Virus record (IMG/VR): IMGVR_UViG_3300042256_000013
Span: 1 to 64,000 of that record
DNA length: 64,000 bases
Strand: one strand, 5' to 3'
Source of the DNA: a virus
Lineage: Duplodnaviria; Heunggongvirae; Uroviricota; Caudoviricetes
Within the stretch, counting starts at the first letter, position 1. Each line of letters begins with the position of its first letter. Below, in pieces: positions 57,538 to 64,000 of this stretch. The notes beneath the pieces were generated by a model. That model ran no database searches. It saw only the letters and a list, made by a program, of their open reading frames with translations, and had not been told where the DNA came from. Made by a program: the position numbers and the translations under genes.

Positions 57538-58671
57538 ATGGCTCACCCAATAGCAGATGTTAATGAATATAGATATGGTGAATGTGGTTATATAGTTGAT
57601 GGTGCATTACTTAAAAATAATGTTAAACTAAAAAATGTTCGCATTTACAAACAACGTTCAGTAAACATCTTTGATCTAATGGACTATGATACAAATGTTC
57701 TTTATCAATATGTACGTATTACCGGTTATGATACAAATACTGATGTTCTTGATTATTCAAAAACTGATGATGAACTTTTAAATGAAATTCCAGTTAATAC
57801 ATTTTTTGTTCGTGGATATAATAATGACATGTCAATGACTGGTTTTGTTATTAGATTTCAAAACAATAAAGTATGTCTTGCAGATGGTAGATACATGTTT
57901 GATATGTATGTTCCTGAATGTAGTATTGGACCAATTGAAATTGGTGAAGTAACTGTTAGTACTATTGCAATAGGTACAACAACTGTAACTGGTACTATTA
58001 GTGCTACTAGTGGTTCTCTTGATACTACTGGAATGGTTGTAACTATGGTTATCGAAGGAGTTACATACACTGCAACTCTTGATGGTCGTAACTTTACATT
58101 TACTGATGTTGTAGTAACTCAAACAGGTAATGCAGTCATTACCATTACCTCACCAAAATATACAACTAAAGAAATAGATGTTCCTGTAGTTAGTGAAGCT
58201 GACTCTGATTATGTTACAATGTATGCTGTATCAGGTTCACAAATGACTGACAACGGTGATGGTACATATTCTTTCACACTATCCAGTACATTGCATGATC
58301 GTGGTTCGAATGTTGTAGTTCAGATTCAAAATATAATTGGTACTATCTATGATCCAGATGTTAATGTGGATAATGCGGGTAACATAACGGTAACTCAAAC
58401 TGATAATACAGATTATGATATTATAATTGTTGGACCAACTAATGTTAGAACTGTTTACAGTACTGCACTAGCATGGACAGTAACTGGTAGTACTTTTACA
58501 ATGTCTATACCTTATAGTACACACTTGAAACACAGCCCATCATTATCTGTTTATGATGCTTCTGGTCAATTAGTTCAAGTACTTGTCGGTATTGATAATG
58601 TAGATAACATTACTCTTAATAGTTCAGAGAACTTTACAGGTAAAGTTGTTATAACTGGCGTAACTGCATAA
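57538..58671 (+). CDS. Thr/Val-rich beta-strand protein (377 aa), Ig-like or adhesin-like candidate; lone plus-strand gene
   Basis: Very strong RBS CGGAGGATACCAAT-ATG; own terminator; repetitive T/V/G beta-rich composition. Confidence 0.6.
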   Translation: MAHPIADVNEYRYGECGYIVDGALLKNNVKLKNVRIYKQRSVNIFDLMDYDTNVLYQYVRITGYDTNTDVLDYSKTDDELLNEIPVNTFFVRGYNNDMSMTGFVIRFQNNKVCLADGRYMFDMYVPECSIGPIEIGEVTVSTIAIGTTTVTGTISATSGSLDTTGMVVTMVIEGVTYTATLDGRNFTFTDVVVTQTGNAVITITSPKYTTKEIDVPVVSEADSDYVTMYAVSGSQMTDNGDGTYSFTLSSTLHDRGSNVVVQIQNIIGTIYDPDVNVDNAGNITVTQTDNTDYDIIIVGPTNVRTVYSTALAWTVTGSTFTMSIPYSTHLKHSPSLSVYDASGQLVQVLVGIDNVDNITLNSSENFTGKVVITGVTA

Positions 58672-58675
58672 CGCA

Positions 58676-58706
58676 AAAAGGCACTCCTATGAGTGCCTTT
58701 CTTTTT
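58676..58706. terminator. bidirectional intrinsic terminator (AAAAAGGCACTCCTATGAGTGCCTTTCTTTTT)
   Basis: Hairpin flanked by A-run and T-run. Confidence 0.75.
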
Positions 58707-59226
58707 GGTATACTATTGCTCTTGATTTTTGAAACTTACATTGATGTACTTCTTTCCATATTGAAGGATCTATAACATGTGAATTAGGTCGTATCAATAT
58801 TAGAGTGTCAGTGTATGTGCTCAGTGCATATAATAGTTTCTGTCTGTATGATTCAGGTACTAAATCGAATGCATAACTACAAATAATTACATCATACTGT
58901 TTTTCAAATATACAATTAAAATCAGCTATATCTTCAAATGAATATGGATAGCATACAAATCCAGTTTCTTCTGTATATCTATCGTGCATGTACTTATCAG
59001 CACCTTCAATATCGGATACACCGCAATGCTTAAGTATGTTGCTGACAATACCATTGCCGCAAGCTAAATCCAGTACTGACGCATTCTCAGTGAAGTACTG
59101 ATAGAATGAATTCATCAAGCAATCATTTACATAATCCTGGTGTGGATTCTCATATGTAGCTTGTGTATTAGGATCTTGATAGTACTCTTGAACGCCAAGC
59201 GTTCGGTACTGTTCAGTTATTTTCAT
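58687..59226 (-). CDS. SAM-dependent methyltransferase (class I)
   Basis: Motif I LDLACGNG; acidic post-I residue. Confidence 0.6.
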   Translation of the reverse strand: MKITEQYRTLGVQEYYQDPNTQATYENPHQDYVNDCLMNSFYQYFTENASVLDLACGNGIVSNILKHCGVSDIEGADKYMHDRYTEETGFVCYPYSFEDIADFNCIFEKQYDVIICSYAFDLVPESYRQKLLYALSTYTDTLILIRPNSHVIDPSIWKEVHQCKFQKSRAIVYQKERHS

Positions 59227-59241
59227 ATAACCTCAAACGTA

Positions 59242-59265
59242 AAAAGGGAGCCATTGGCTCCCTTT
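59242..59265 (-). terminator. intrinsic terminator (AAAGGGAGCCATTGGCTCCCTTT)
   Basis: Hairpin plus U-run downstream of 59281-59949. Confidence 0.7.
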
Positions 59266-59280
59266 GTCTTTGATTGCGAA

Positions 59281-59949
59281 TTAACGCAGGATTTGTGCAA
59301 CAATCTGGTTCAGTGTCAGATTGCCGTTCTGACGAGCGTACTGGAACACCTGCTCTTTACGATGTTCGATCAGTTCGTTGACCTGAGCATCAGTGTGGAA
59401 ACGACGCAGTTGAGCAACCATGTTGCTTACGCGAGCATCGTTTTCAACCAGGTACGCAGCTTTGTCTTCAATCGCGGTACGCAGTGCGGCGTCGGACAGG
59501 TCAGATACTACAGCATCAGCAGCATCGCCACGAGCGGTGCGAGAAGTACCGAACACATCATTGGATTCAGCCGCAGTAGAACGACCAGGCTGGCGTGGAG
59601 CCTGAGTGCGAGCACCAAGTGCTTGTTCCAGGATTTCGGTCAGAGTGGTTGCTACATCTTCAGCAGATTTCGCAGTACTGGTTTTAACCACTTTTGCTTT
59701 TGCAGCACCGAACAGGCCAGAAAGAAGACCAGTCACGGCAGCAGCCGCTTCAGTGATGACGCCAGATACAGAACCAACTGAATCCAGTAATTCGCCGAGT
59801 TCAGCCTGAGCTACCAGAGCTTCAGCTTCGGAATCGAAGTCCAGATCGATTTCTGCGTTTTCCAGAACGATGGTCAGACGGGAACCGGTAACTACTGCGA
59901 AAGCGAAAAGAGCGGAATCGAAAAGAGCGTTATTGAATTGAATTTGCAT
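59281..59949 (-). CDS. Ala-rich, GC-rich protein (222 aa)
   Basis: Second GC-rich island gene (compare 16605-17303); Ala/Glu/Asp-rich. Confidence 0.55.
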   Translation of the reverse strand: MQIQFNNALFDSALFAFAVVTGSRLTIVLENAEIDLDFDSEAEALVAQAELGELLDSVGSVSGVITEAAAAVTGLLSGLFGAAKAKVVKTSTAKSAEDVATTLTEILEQALGARTQAPRQPGRSTAAESNDVFGTSRTARGDAADAVVSDLSDAALRTAIEDKAAYLVENDARVSNMVAQLRRFHTDAQVNELIEHRKEQVFQYARQNGNLTLNQIVAQILR

Positions 59950-60134
59950 GGTATTTTACCTTTATGGTTTATTGAGTTTCTTTGTTACATCATTGTACTA
60001 CAATTTTATGGCATACGCAACAGGATTTTCACCTGTATCCCCAGAACCTCTCTGAGCGAACCAGTATCCTATCTAATCTATTATATCCCTTCTTTGGACA
60101 ATACGCAAGATTAAACATTAGACGATACGTATAG

Positions 60135-60207
60135 TGGAGCTATGCGGATTTGAACCGCAGACCTACTACGTGCAAGGCAGTTGCTCTACCAACTGAGCTA
60201 TAGCCCC
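60135..60207 (-). tRNA. tRNA-Ala (anticodon UGC)
   Basis: GGGGCTATAGCTCAGTTGGTAGAGC...CTTGCAC...GGTTCAAATCC cloverleaf; close to enterobacterial tRNA-Ala; CCA not encoded. Confidence 0.8.
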
Positions 60208-60289
60208 TTATCACGTCCTTACTTATACCGAGTCGGCTATCGGGCAGACGTGATACACCCCGAAGCACATTGGCTTTGTATAAGTTTGA

Positions 60290-60362
60290 TGCGGAGGGTG
60301 GATTTGAACCACCGACCTCCAGGTTATGAGCCTGGCAAGCTGACCATGCTGCTCTACTCCGC
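60290..60362 (-). tRNA. tRNA with CAU anticodon (Met or Ile-lysidine)
   Basis: GCGGAGTAGAGCAGCATGGTCAGC...CTCATAA...GGTTCAAATCCACC; CCA not encoded. Confidence 0.7.
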
Positions 60363-60495
60363 ATTTCCTATGTGATTATTATACCACAATTTTTTGAGCC
60401 GTTCCAAATTTTTTCAATCTTTTTTTTTCAATTTCAGTACTGAGCGGCTATCTCTCAGTTCATGACAACATTATACCAGAAAATTTCTGGTCGTT

Positions 60496-60840
60496 TCAAC
60501 TTTTTTCGAAGATTTTTTTCTTACAATCTTCTAACGCGTCAATCGCTTCTTCGATTGTACTCAGTAATCCATAATGGTTTTCACGAAAGAAACGTGAATT
60601 ATTCTTTGTTAAGGCATACCCTAACAATTTACCATGATTGATAACACGAGTAATTGATAATGAATATGATGCTAACGAAATTAAGTACTGGTCATATTCA
60701 GATTTTGTTACAACTTCATCAATATCAAAATCGTCATCGATTTTGTATCCATGAAGTCTATTATTTTCGTCAATACCATAAACAGCAAAACTAACATCCC
60801 AATTGATTTTCATCAACATATCAAATATTTTTTGTTTCAT
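60496..60840 (-). CDS. hypothetical protein (about 114 aa, start MKQKIF)
   Basis: Track ORF N-terminus overlaps the tRNA at 60858-60933, so an internal start was chosen. Confidence 0.45.
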   Translation of the reverse strand: MKQKIFDMLMKINWDVSFAVYGIDENNRLHGYKIDDDFDIDEVVTKSEYDQYLISLASYSLSITRVINHGKLLGYALTKNNSRFFRENHYGLLSTIEEAIDALEDCKKKIFEKS

Positions 60841-60857
60841 ATTTATAGTACCATCAA

Positions 60858-60933
60858 TGGTGGTCAATACTGGGTTCGAACCAGTGACGCCGACATTATG
60901 AGTATCGTGCTCTACCAACTGAGCTAATTGACC
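60858..60933 (-). tRNA. second tRNA with CAU anticodon (Met/Ile2), CCA encoded
   Basis: GGTCAATTAGCTCAGTTGGTAGAGC...CTCATAA...GGTTCGAACCC...ATTGACCACCA. Confidence 0.7.
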
Positions 60934-61127
60934 TTTGGATAATTCTGCACATTATGTGCAAGTGCATTGATCGATGTACGAGCGTTACGAATTGCAGTTT
61001 CAGCATTAGACTGATAATGATTAGTAACTTGCTGTACTGAGCTATCAACAATTATATACTGCTGTAGCTCGTGTTGTAAAGCCATTAATTCACTTTCAAT
61101 CTGGACTAACCGTTCAGCACTGATCAT
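60924..61127 (-). CDS. small coiled-coil protein (about 67 aa, start MISAERL)
   Basis: AGGGGAAAATC-ATG. Confidence 0.4.
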   Translation of the reverse strand: MISAERLVQIESELMALQHELQQYIIVDSSVQQVTNHYQSNAETAIRNARTSINALAHNVQNYPKVN

Positions 61128-61318
61128 GATTTTCCCCTGTTTTGATGATATTTCACAAAAGATAACCAGCATTTTGACCAGTACTCAGATTCTTTGAGAT
61201 TTTCAATTAAATCACGATGAATAGCACAATCTGGTACATTTTCAATGGTGGCATTTTCAACTTCAGACACCAGTGATTGTAACAATTCGGTAATTTCAAC
61301 CAAACGTTCTTTATTCAT
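61124..61318 (-). CDS. small protein (about 64 aa, start MNKERLVEITELL)
   Basis: GTTAGAGGTTCACATA-ATG. Confidence 0.4.
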   Translation of the reverse strand: MNKERLVEITELLQSLVSEVENATIENVPDCAIHRDLIENLKESEYWSKCWLSFVKYHQNRGKS

Positions 61319-61395
61319 TATGTGAACCTCTAACTTAAAACGTGCAATCATTATTACACGTAGCCTTGAGCGTGTCAAGGACTTTTTGGGTAAGA

Positions 61396-61472
61396 TGGTG
61401 GGCTTTCAGGGATTCGAACCCTGGACAAACCGATTAAGAGTCGGCTACTCTAACCAACTGAGTTAAAAGCCC
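61396..61472 (-). tRNA. tRNA-Lys (anticodon CUU), CCA encoded
   Basis: GGGCTTTTAACTCAGTTGGTTAGAGT...CTCTTAA...GGTTCGAATCCCTGAAAGCCCACCA. Confidence 0.7.
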
Positions 61473-61825
61473 ATATCCTTAACTGCTCTCGTCAAAATGT
61501 AATTGAAGCGACAGCAATCATAAAATGTTAAATCGAACCGTTGTTCTTTCACTATATCACGATATTCTACAATACTTAGTTTTTCTTCTCCTGAATCATC
61601 TAAGTTCAGTAGTAAACCAAAGTCAATGACACATACTAAAATATGAAGACCACCTTCATCATCAAAGTATCCAAGTCTTAGTAATGGTACTGGAGAATCT
61701 TCTGCGAAGTACATAATGTAAGTTGTACCATTATAATCTATAGTACAATCTTCATAACGTAAGAAATGATGATAGTTCATATCAAAGAACTTCGCTATAT
61801 CCTTAAGTGAGTTTAGTTCATTCAT
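61463..61825 (-). CDS. hypothetical protein (about 120 aa, start MNELNSL)
   Basis: AAGGAAATATAT-ATG; the upstream part of the track ORF is tRNA-Cys antisense. Confidence 0.45.
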   Translation of the reverse strand: MNELNSLKDIAKFFDMNYHHFLRYEDCTIDYNGTTYIMYFAEDSPVPLLRLGYFDDEGGLHILVCVIDFGLLLNLDDSGEEKLSIVEYRDIVKEQRFDLTFYDCCRFNYILTRAVKDMGF

Positions 61826-61857
61826 ATATATTTCCTTATATATACAGTTCATTTTTG

Positions 61858-61934
61858 AGCGTGGAGAGGGATTTGAACCCCCGACTTTACGGATTTGCAA
61901 TCCGTTCCAATTGGCCTGACTCTGGCATCCACGC
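61858..61934 (-). tRNA. tRNA-Cys (anticodon GCA), long D-loop
   Basis: GCGTGGA acceptor, ACGGATTGCAAATCCGT anticodon arm, GGTTCAAATCC T-arm. Confidence 0.6.
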
Positions 61935-61941
61935 TGAATTC

Positions 61942-62589
61942 TTAAAAATACAAATGTGCTTGAATATCGGGTGTAGCTTGCACTAATGAACCTAATTGCA
62001 TAATCTTATTAACAATTTCGTACACCATCATACATTCATCCAATTCAAGTACTAAACCATCAGTTGTTATTCTTTGAAAATGAGATTCTTCTGAATCTGG
62101 AAGTACTTTGTATGTTGTATTTAATTTTGTTATTATACCCTTTTCATGACCTACTATAGTTCCATAGGTATCACGTACCGGAACATATGTTGATTCTACC
62201 CATTCATTATTTGAACCCGCATTTATAACACTAAATGCACCATTAGAAAATTTCATAACATCAACAACTGAAGTGTAATTTACAGGGATTTTGTTATTGC
62301 GGAATCCTACTGGAGATGCATCAAACGGCAGATCTTCCAAAACAGTAAACTTCATAAGCATACTAAATGTAAATTCATTTGTTTCATTATTCTTTTTTAT
62401 TTTTAAATTAGAATCTTCGCAAATATATACCATCTCAGAGGTAGTACTGCTTTTAGAATCTATTGAAAATTTATCCAAATTATCAGCAAATGTTCTAACT
62501 ATATTATTTCTATGTATTAATCCATCATCCATTTCTTTTTCAAATCCTTTAAAACTGCTTCTTTTATTCTTTGAATATTGGTTAAACAT
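61942..62589 (-). CDS. hypothetical protein (215 aa)
   Basis: ORF only. Confidence 0.5.
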   Translation of the reverse strand: MFNQYSKNKRSSFKGFEKEMDDGLIHRNNIVRTFADNLDKFSIDSKSSTTSEMVYICEDSNLKIKKNNETNEFTFSMLMKFTVLEDLPFDASPVGFRNNKIPVNYTSVVDVMKFSNGAFSVINAGSNNEWVESTYVPVRDTYGTIVGHEKGIITKLNTTYKVLPDSEESHFQRITTDGLVLELDECMMVYEIVNKIMQLGSLVQATPDIQAHLYF

Positions 62590-63080
62590 TCAAAAGGTAA
62601 CACATCTTCAAGTACTGTCATTTGTTGGAACCACTGTTCTTCAGTACTGAAATAATGAAAAGTTTTGTACGTGATGTGTTTTTCTGGTACACCAACTAAA
62701 GAGTTATATTGGTTTGACATAAAAGTTGACATAAGTGGATCATTAAATGTATCCCCAAGCTCTTTTATAATTTGGTTGAATGTAGAATATTCACCAATTC
62801 GTGCTTCATATGCTACTTCTGCTAATGTATCAAGGTAAGCATCTTGAATAACATCACGAACTTCAATTGTATTATTCGTAATACCCAAAACATATCCACC
62901 TTCTGAACTAAGTTTAATAGTTCCATCAGATTCAATTTTATATGAATATAATTCAAATGACTCATTTAAAATTCTGGATAATTGATCAAGTATTTCTATT
63001 GTTAATTCTTCAGCGTTCGTAACTACTTTCATATTCTTCTCTACTTGCAAAACCGCCACAAAAAAATGAAATGTCTTCAA
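62517..63080 (-). CDS. hypothetical protein (187 aa; true start may be MKVVTNAEEL at about 63032), paralog of 63010-63570
   Basis: Shared C-terminal motif EEQWFQQMTVLEDVLPFE versus AEWFQKMTVHDNILPYE. Confidence 0.5.
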   Translation of the reverse strand: MKTFHFFVAVLQVEKNMKVVTNAEELTIEILDQLSRILNESFELYSYKIESDGTIKLSSEGGYVLGITNNTIEVRDVIQDAYLDTLAEVAYEARIGEYSTFNQIIKELGDTFNDPLMSTFMSNQYNSLVGVPEKHITYKTFHYFSTEEQWFQQMTVLEDVLPFECLTNIQRIKEAVLKDLKKKWMMD

Positions 63081-63570
63081 TTATCTTGTTGCGAATAGTA
63101 TTAATATTCCAGGTTGATTCATATGGTAAAATATTATCGTGTACAGTCATTTTTTGAAACCACTCAGCTTCCGAATAGAAGTACTGATAGATTAAAGGAG
63201 ATGCACGTCTCGGTGGTTCACTAAACAAAAACATAGGTGGTGGATATTGTACATCCTTATACTTTTCATTATGTTCTCTAGCTAATTCTTGATACTTATC
63301 TTCCAATAGTACAGTAGCATACAAATCAGCTATTTCTATAGAATTTTTTAGTTCTTCAAGTTTATAACTACATGTTGAATTAAAAATTTCTAACAGTTTA
63401 TGAGAAGAATAATGTCCAGAATATATACATATAGATTCTCTTCCTGCACTATATGTATATTTTGTTCTATCAAGAACATTTTCAGCAATATCAGATAATA
63501 AAGCAGCAGATGTGTCTAATGAGTTATCTTTAATAATTGTCATATAAAAATAGGGAGCATAGCTCCCCAA
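63010..63570 (-). CDS. hypothetical protein (186 aa), paralog of 62517-63080
   Basis: Terminator-like hairpin GGGAGCTATGCTCCC immediately upstream of the ATG. Confidence 0.5.
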   Translation of the reverse strand: MGSYAPYFYMTIIKDNSLDTSAALLSDIAENVLDRTKYTYSAGRESICIYSGHYSSHKLLEIFNSTCSYKLEELKNSIEIADLYATVLLEDKYQELAREHNEKYKDVQYPPPMFLFSEPPRRASPLIYQYFYSEAEWFQKMTVHDNILPYESTWNINTIRNKIIEDISFFCGGFASREEYESSYER

Positions 63571-63579
63571 TTATTCCAT

Positions 63580-63756
63580 CAGTTTGAATGAGTGTTATCA
63601 GTTTCTGGTTCAACTGGCGTTTCATCAGTACTTGCATCATCTGCACCATTTGGATCAGCAGGTATACCAACATCAAGTACTGAATTCTCAGGCTCTTTGT
63701 TGAGTGCGGCAAATATTGTTTTGATCCATGACCAAATTTTACTTAATATATTCATG
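63580..63756 (-). CDS. small protein (about 58 aa, MNILSKIWSWIKTIFAALNKEPENS..., acidic C-terminus)
   Basis: TTTAGGAGTACTTAC-ATG strong RBS; different frame from, and preferred over, track ORF 63530-63712. Confidence 0.4.
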
Positions 63757-63837
63757 TAAGTACTCCTAAAATGAAGCAGAATTTTCTCTGCTAATTATTT
63801 AACTTTAGTGTACCTACAATGAATGTAAATTTTATTT

Positions 63838-64000
63838 TCCAGATGTAACTGGAGTATTCGCAGCAGGAACACAACTAACAGAAGTATCCCATGTTACACT
63901 ATTAGACACAACATAACAGTTAGCGTCCGGTTGTGTAACCTTTTTCATGTAGTATACTTCTTTACCAGCAGATCCAATGATCTGAAGTTTACCAGCATTC
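63838..64000 (-). CDS. 3' end of a minus-strand gene running off the window (...NAGKLQIIGSAGKEVYYMKKVTQPDANCYVV...)
   Basis: Open frame entering from beyond 64000 with a stop near 63840. Confidence 0.4.

Noticed and set aside
60140-60375. Track ORFs 60140-60364 (-) and 60181-60375 (+)
   Set aside because: They are translations of the two tRNA genes, Ala and CAU
63530-63712. Track ORF (60 aa, MPHSTKSLRIQYLM...)
   Set aside because: It overlaps the start of 63010-63570 and lacks an RBS. A different frame (63580-63756) has a strong RBS and protein-like sequence

Overview
This window looks like part of an AT-rich virulent phage genome with a Gram-negative host. The promoters match the enterobacterial sigma70 consensus and the tRNA-Ala is enterobacterial-like, and the genome may be large or jumbo. 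Nothing in the sequence points to a plasmid or host chromosome.

Coordinates 1-17.3 kb and 26.7-64 kb are densely packed minus-strand early-type genes. Most are small hypothetical ORFs, many of them translationally coupled through ATGA or TAATG overlaps. They are served by many consensus TTGACA-N17-TATAAT promoters, several with a -35 box buried inside an intrinsic-terminator hairpin.

Functions I can recognise from sequence:
- SPFH/band-7 protein (8603-9481)
- sigma-70-family sigma factor (46704-47699)
- TraR/DksA zinc-finger protein (44116-44376)
- XRE-type HTH protein (47923-48153)
- two HNH endonucleases (32940-33950 and 38762-39301)
- two P-loop/AAA+ ATPases (32070-32858 and 36409-37611)
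- SAM methyltransferase (58687-59226)
- PD-(D/E)XK-like nuclease (56781-57359)
- five tRNAs on the minus strand: Ala-UGC, two CAU, Lys-CUU and Cys-GCA (60.1-61.9 kb)

Between the two minus-strand blocks lies a 2.1 kb ORF-poor control region (17.3-19.4 kb). It contains iteron-like repeats and a perfect 10-bp x 11 tandem array of AGTACTGGAT. A 7.2 kb plus-strand cassette follows (19446-26647). It holds eight tandem genes that all begin with the invariant peptide MLPFP (DNA ATGTTACCATTTCC). LamG/concanavalin-like proteins and RCC1-like beta-propeller proteins alternate in this cassette.

Other structure that the ORF track does not explain:
- a family of plus-strand small-RNA genes whose sequence is complementary to a repeated about 90-nt leader in at least six minus-strand early mRNAs
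- a roughly 10-fold, genome-wide enrichment of the palindrome AGTACT at promoters
- a 1.2 kb GC-rich ORF-free region (48.65-49.9 kb) fed by tandem strong promoters, a candidate long structured RNA
- a tandem family of seven small membrane proteins ending in ...KRGK
- a five-member paralog family with a shared C-terminal C.EG..W...W(D/N)E module, interleaved with the HNH endonucleases

Coordinates that I derived myself rather than took from the ORF track may be off by 1-2 nt.
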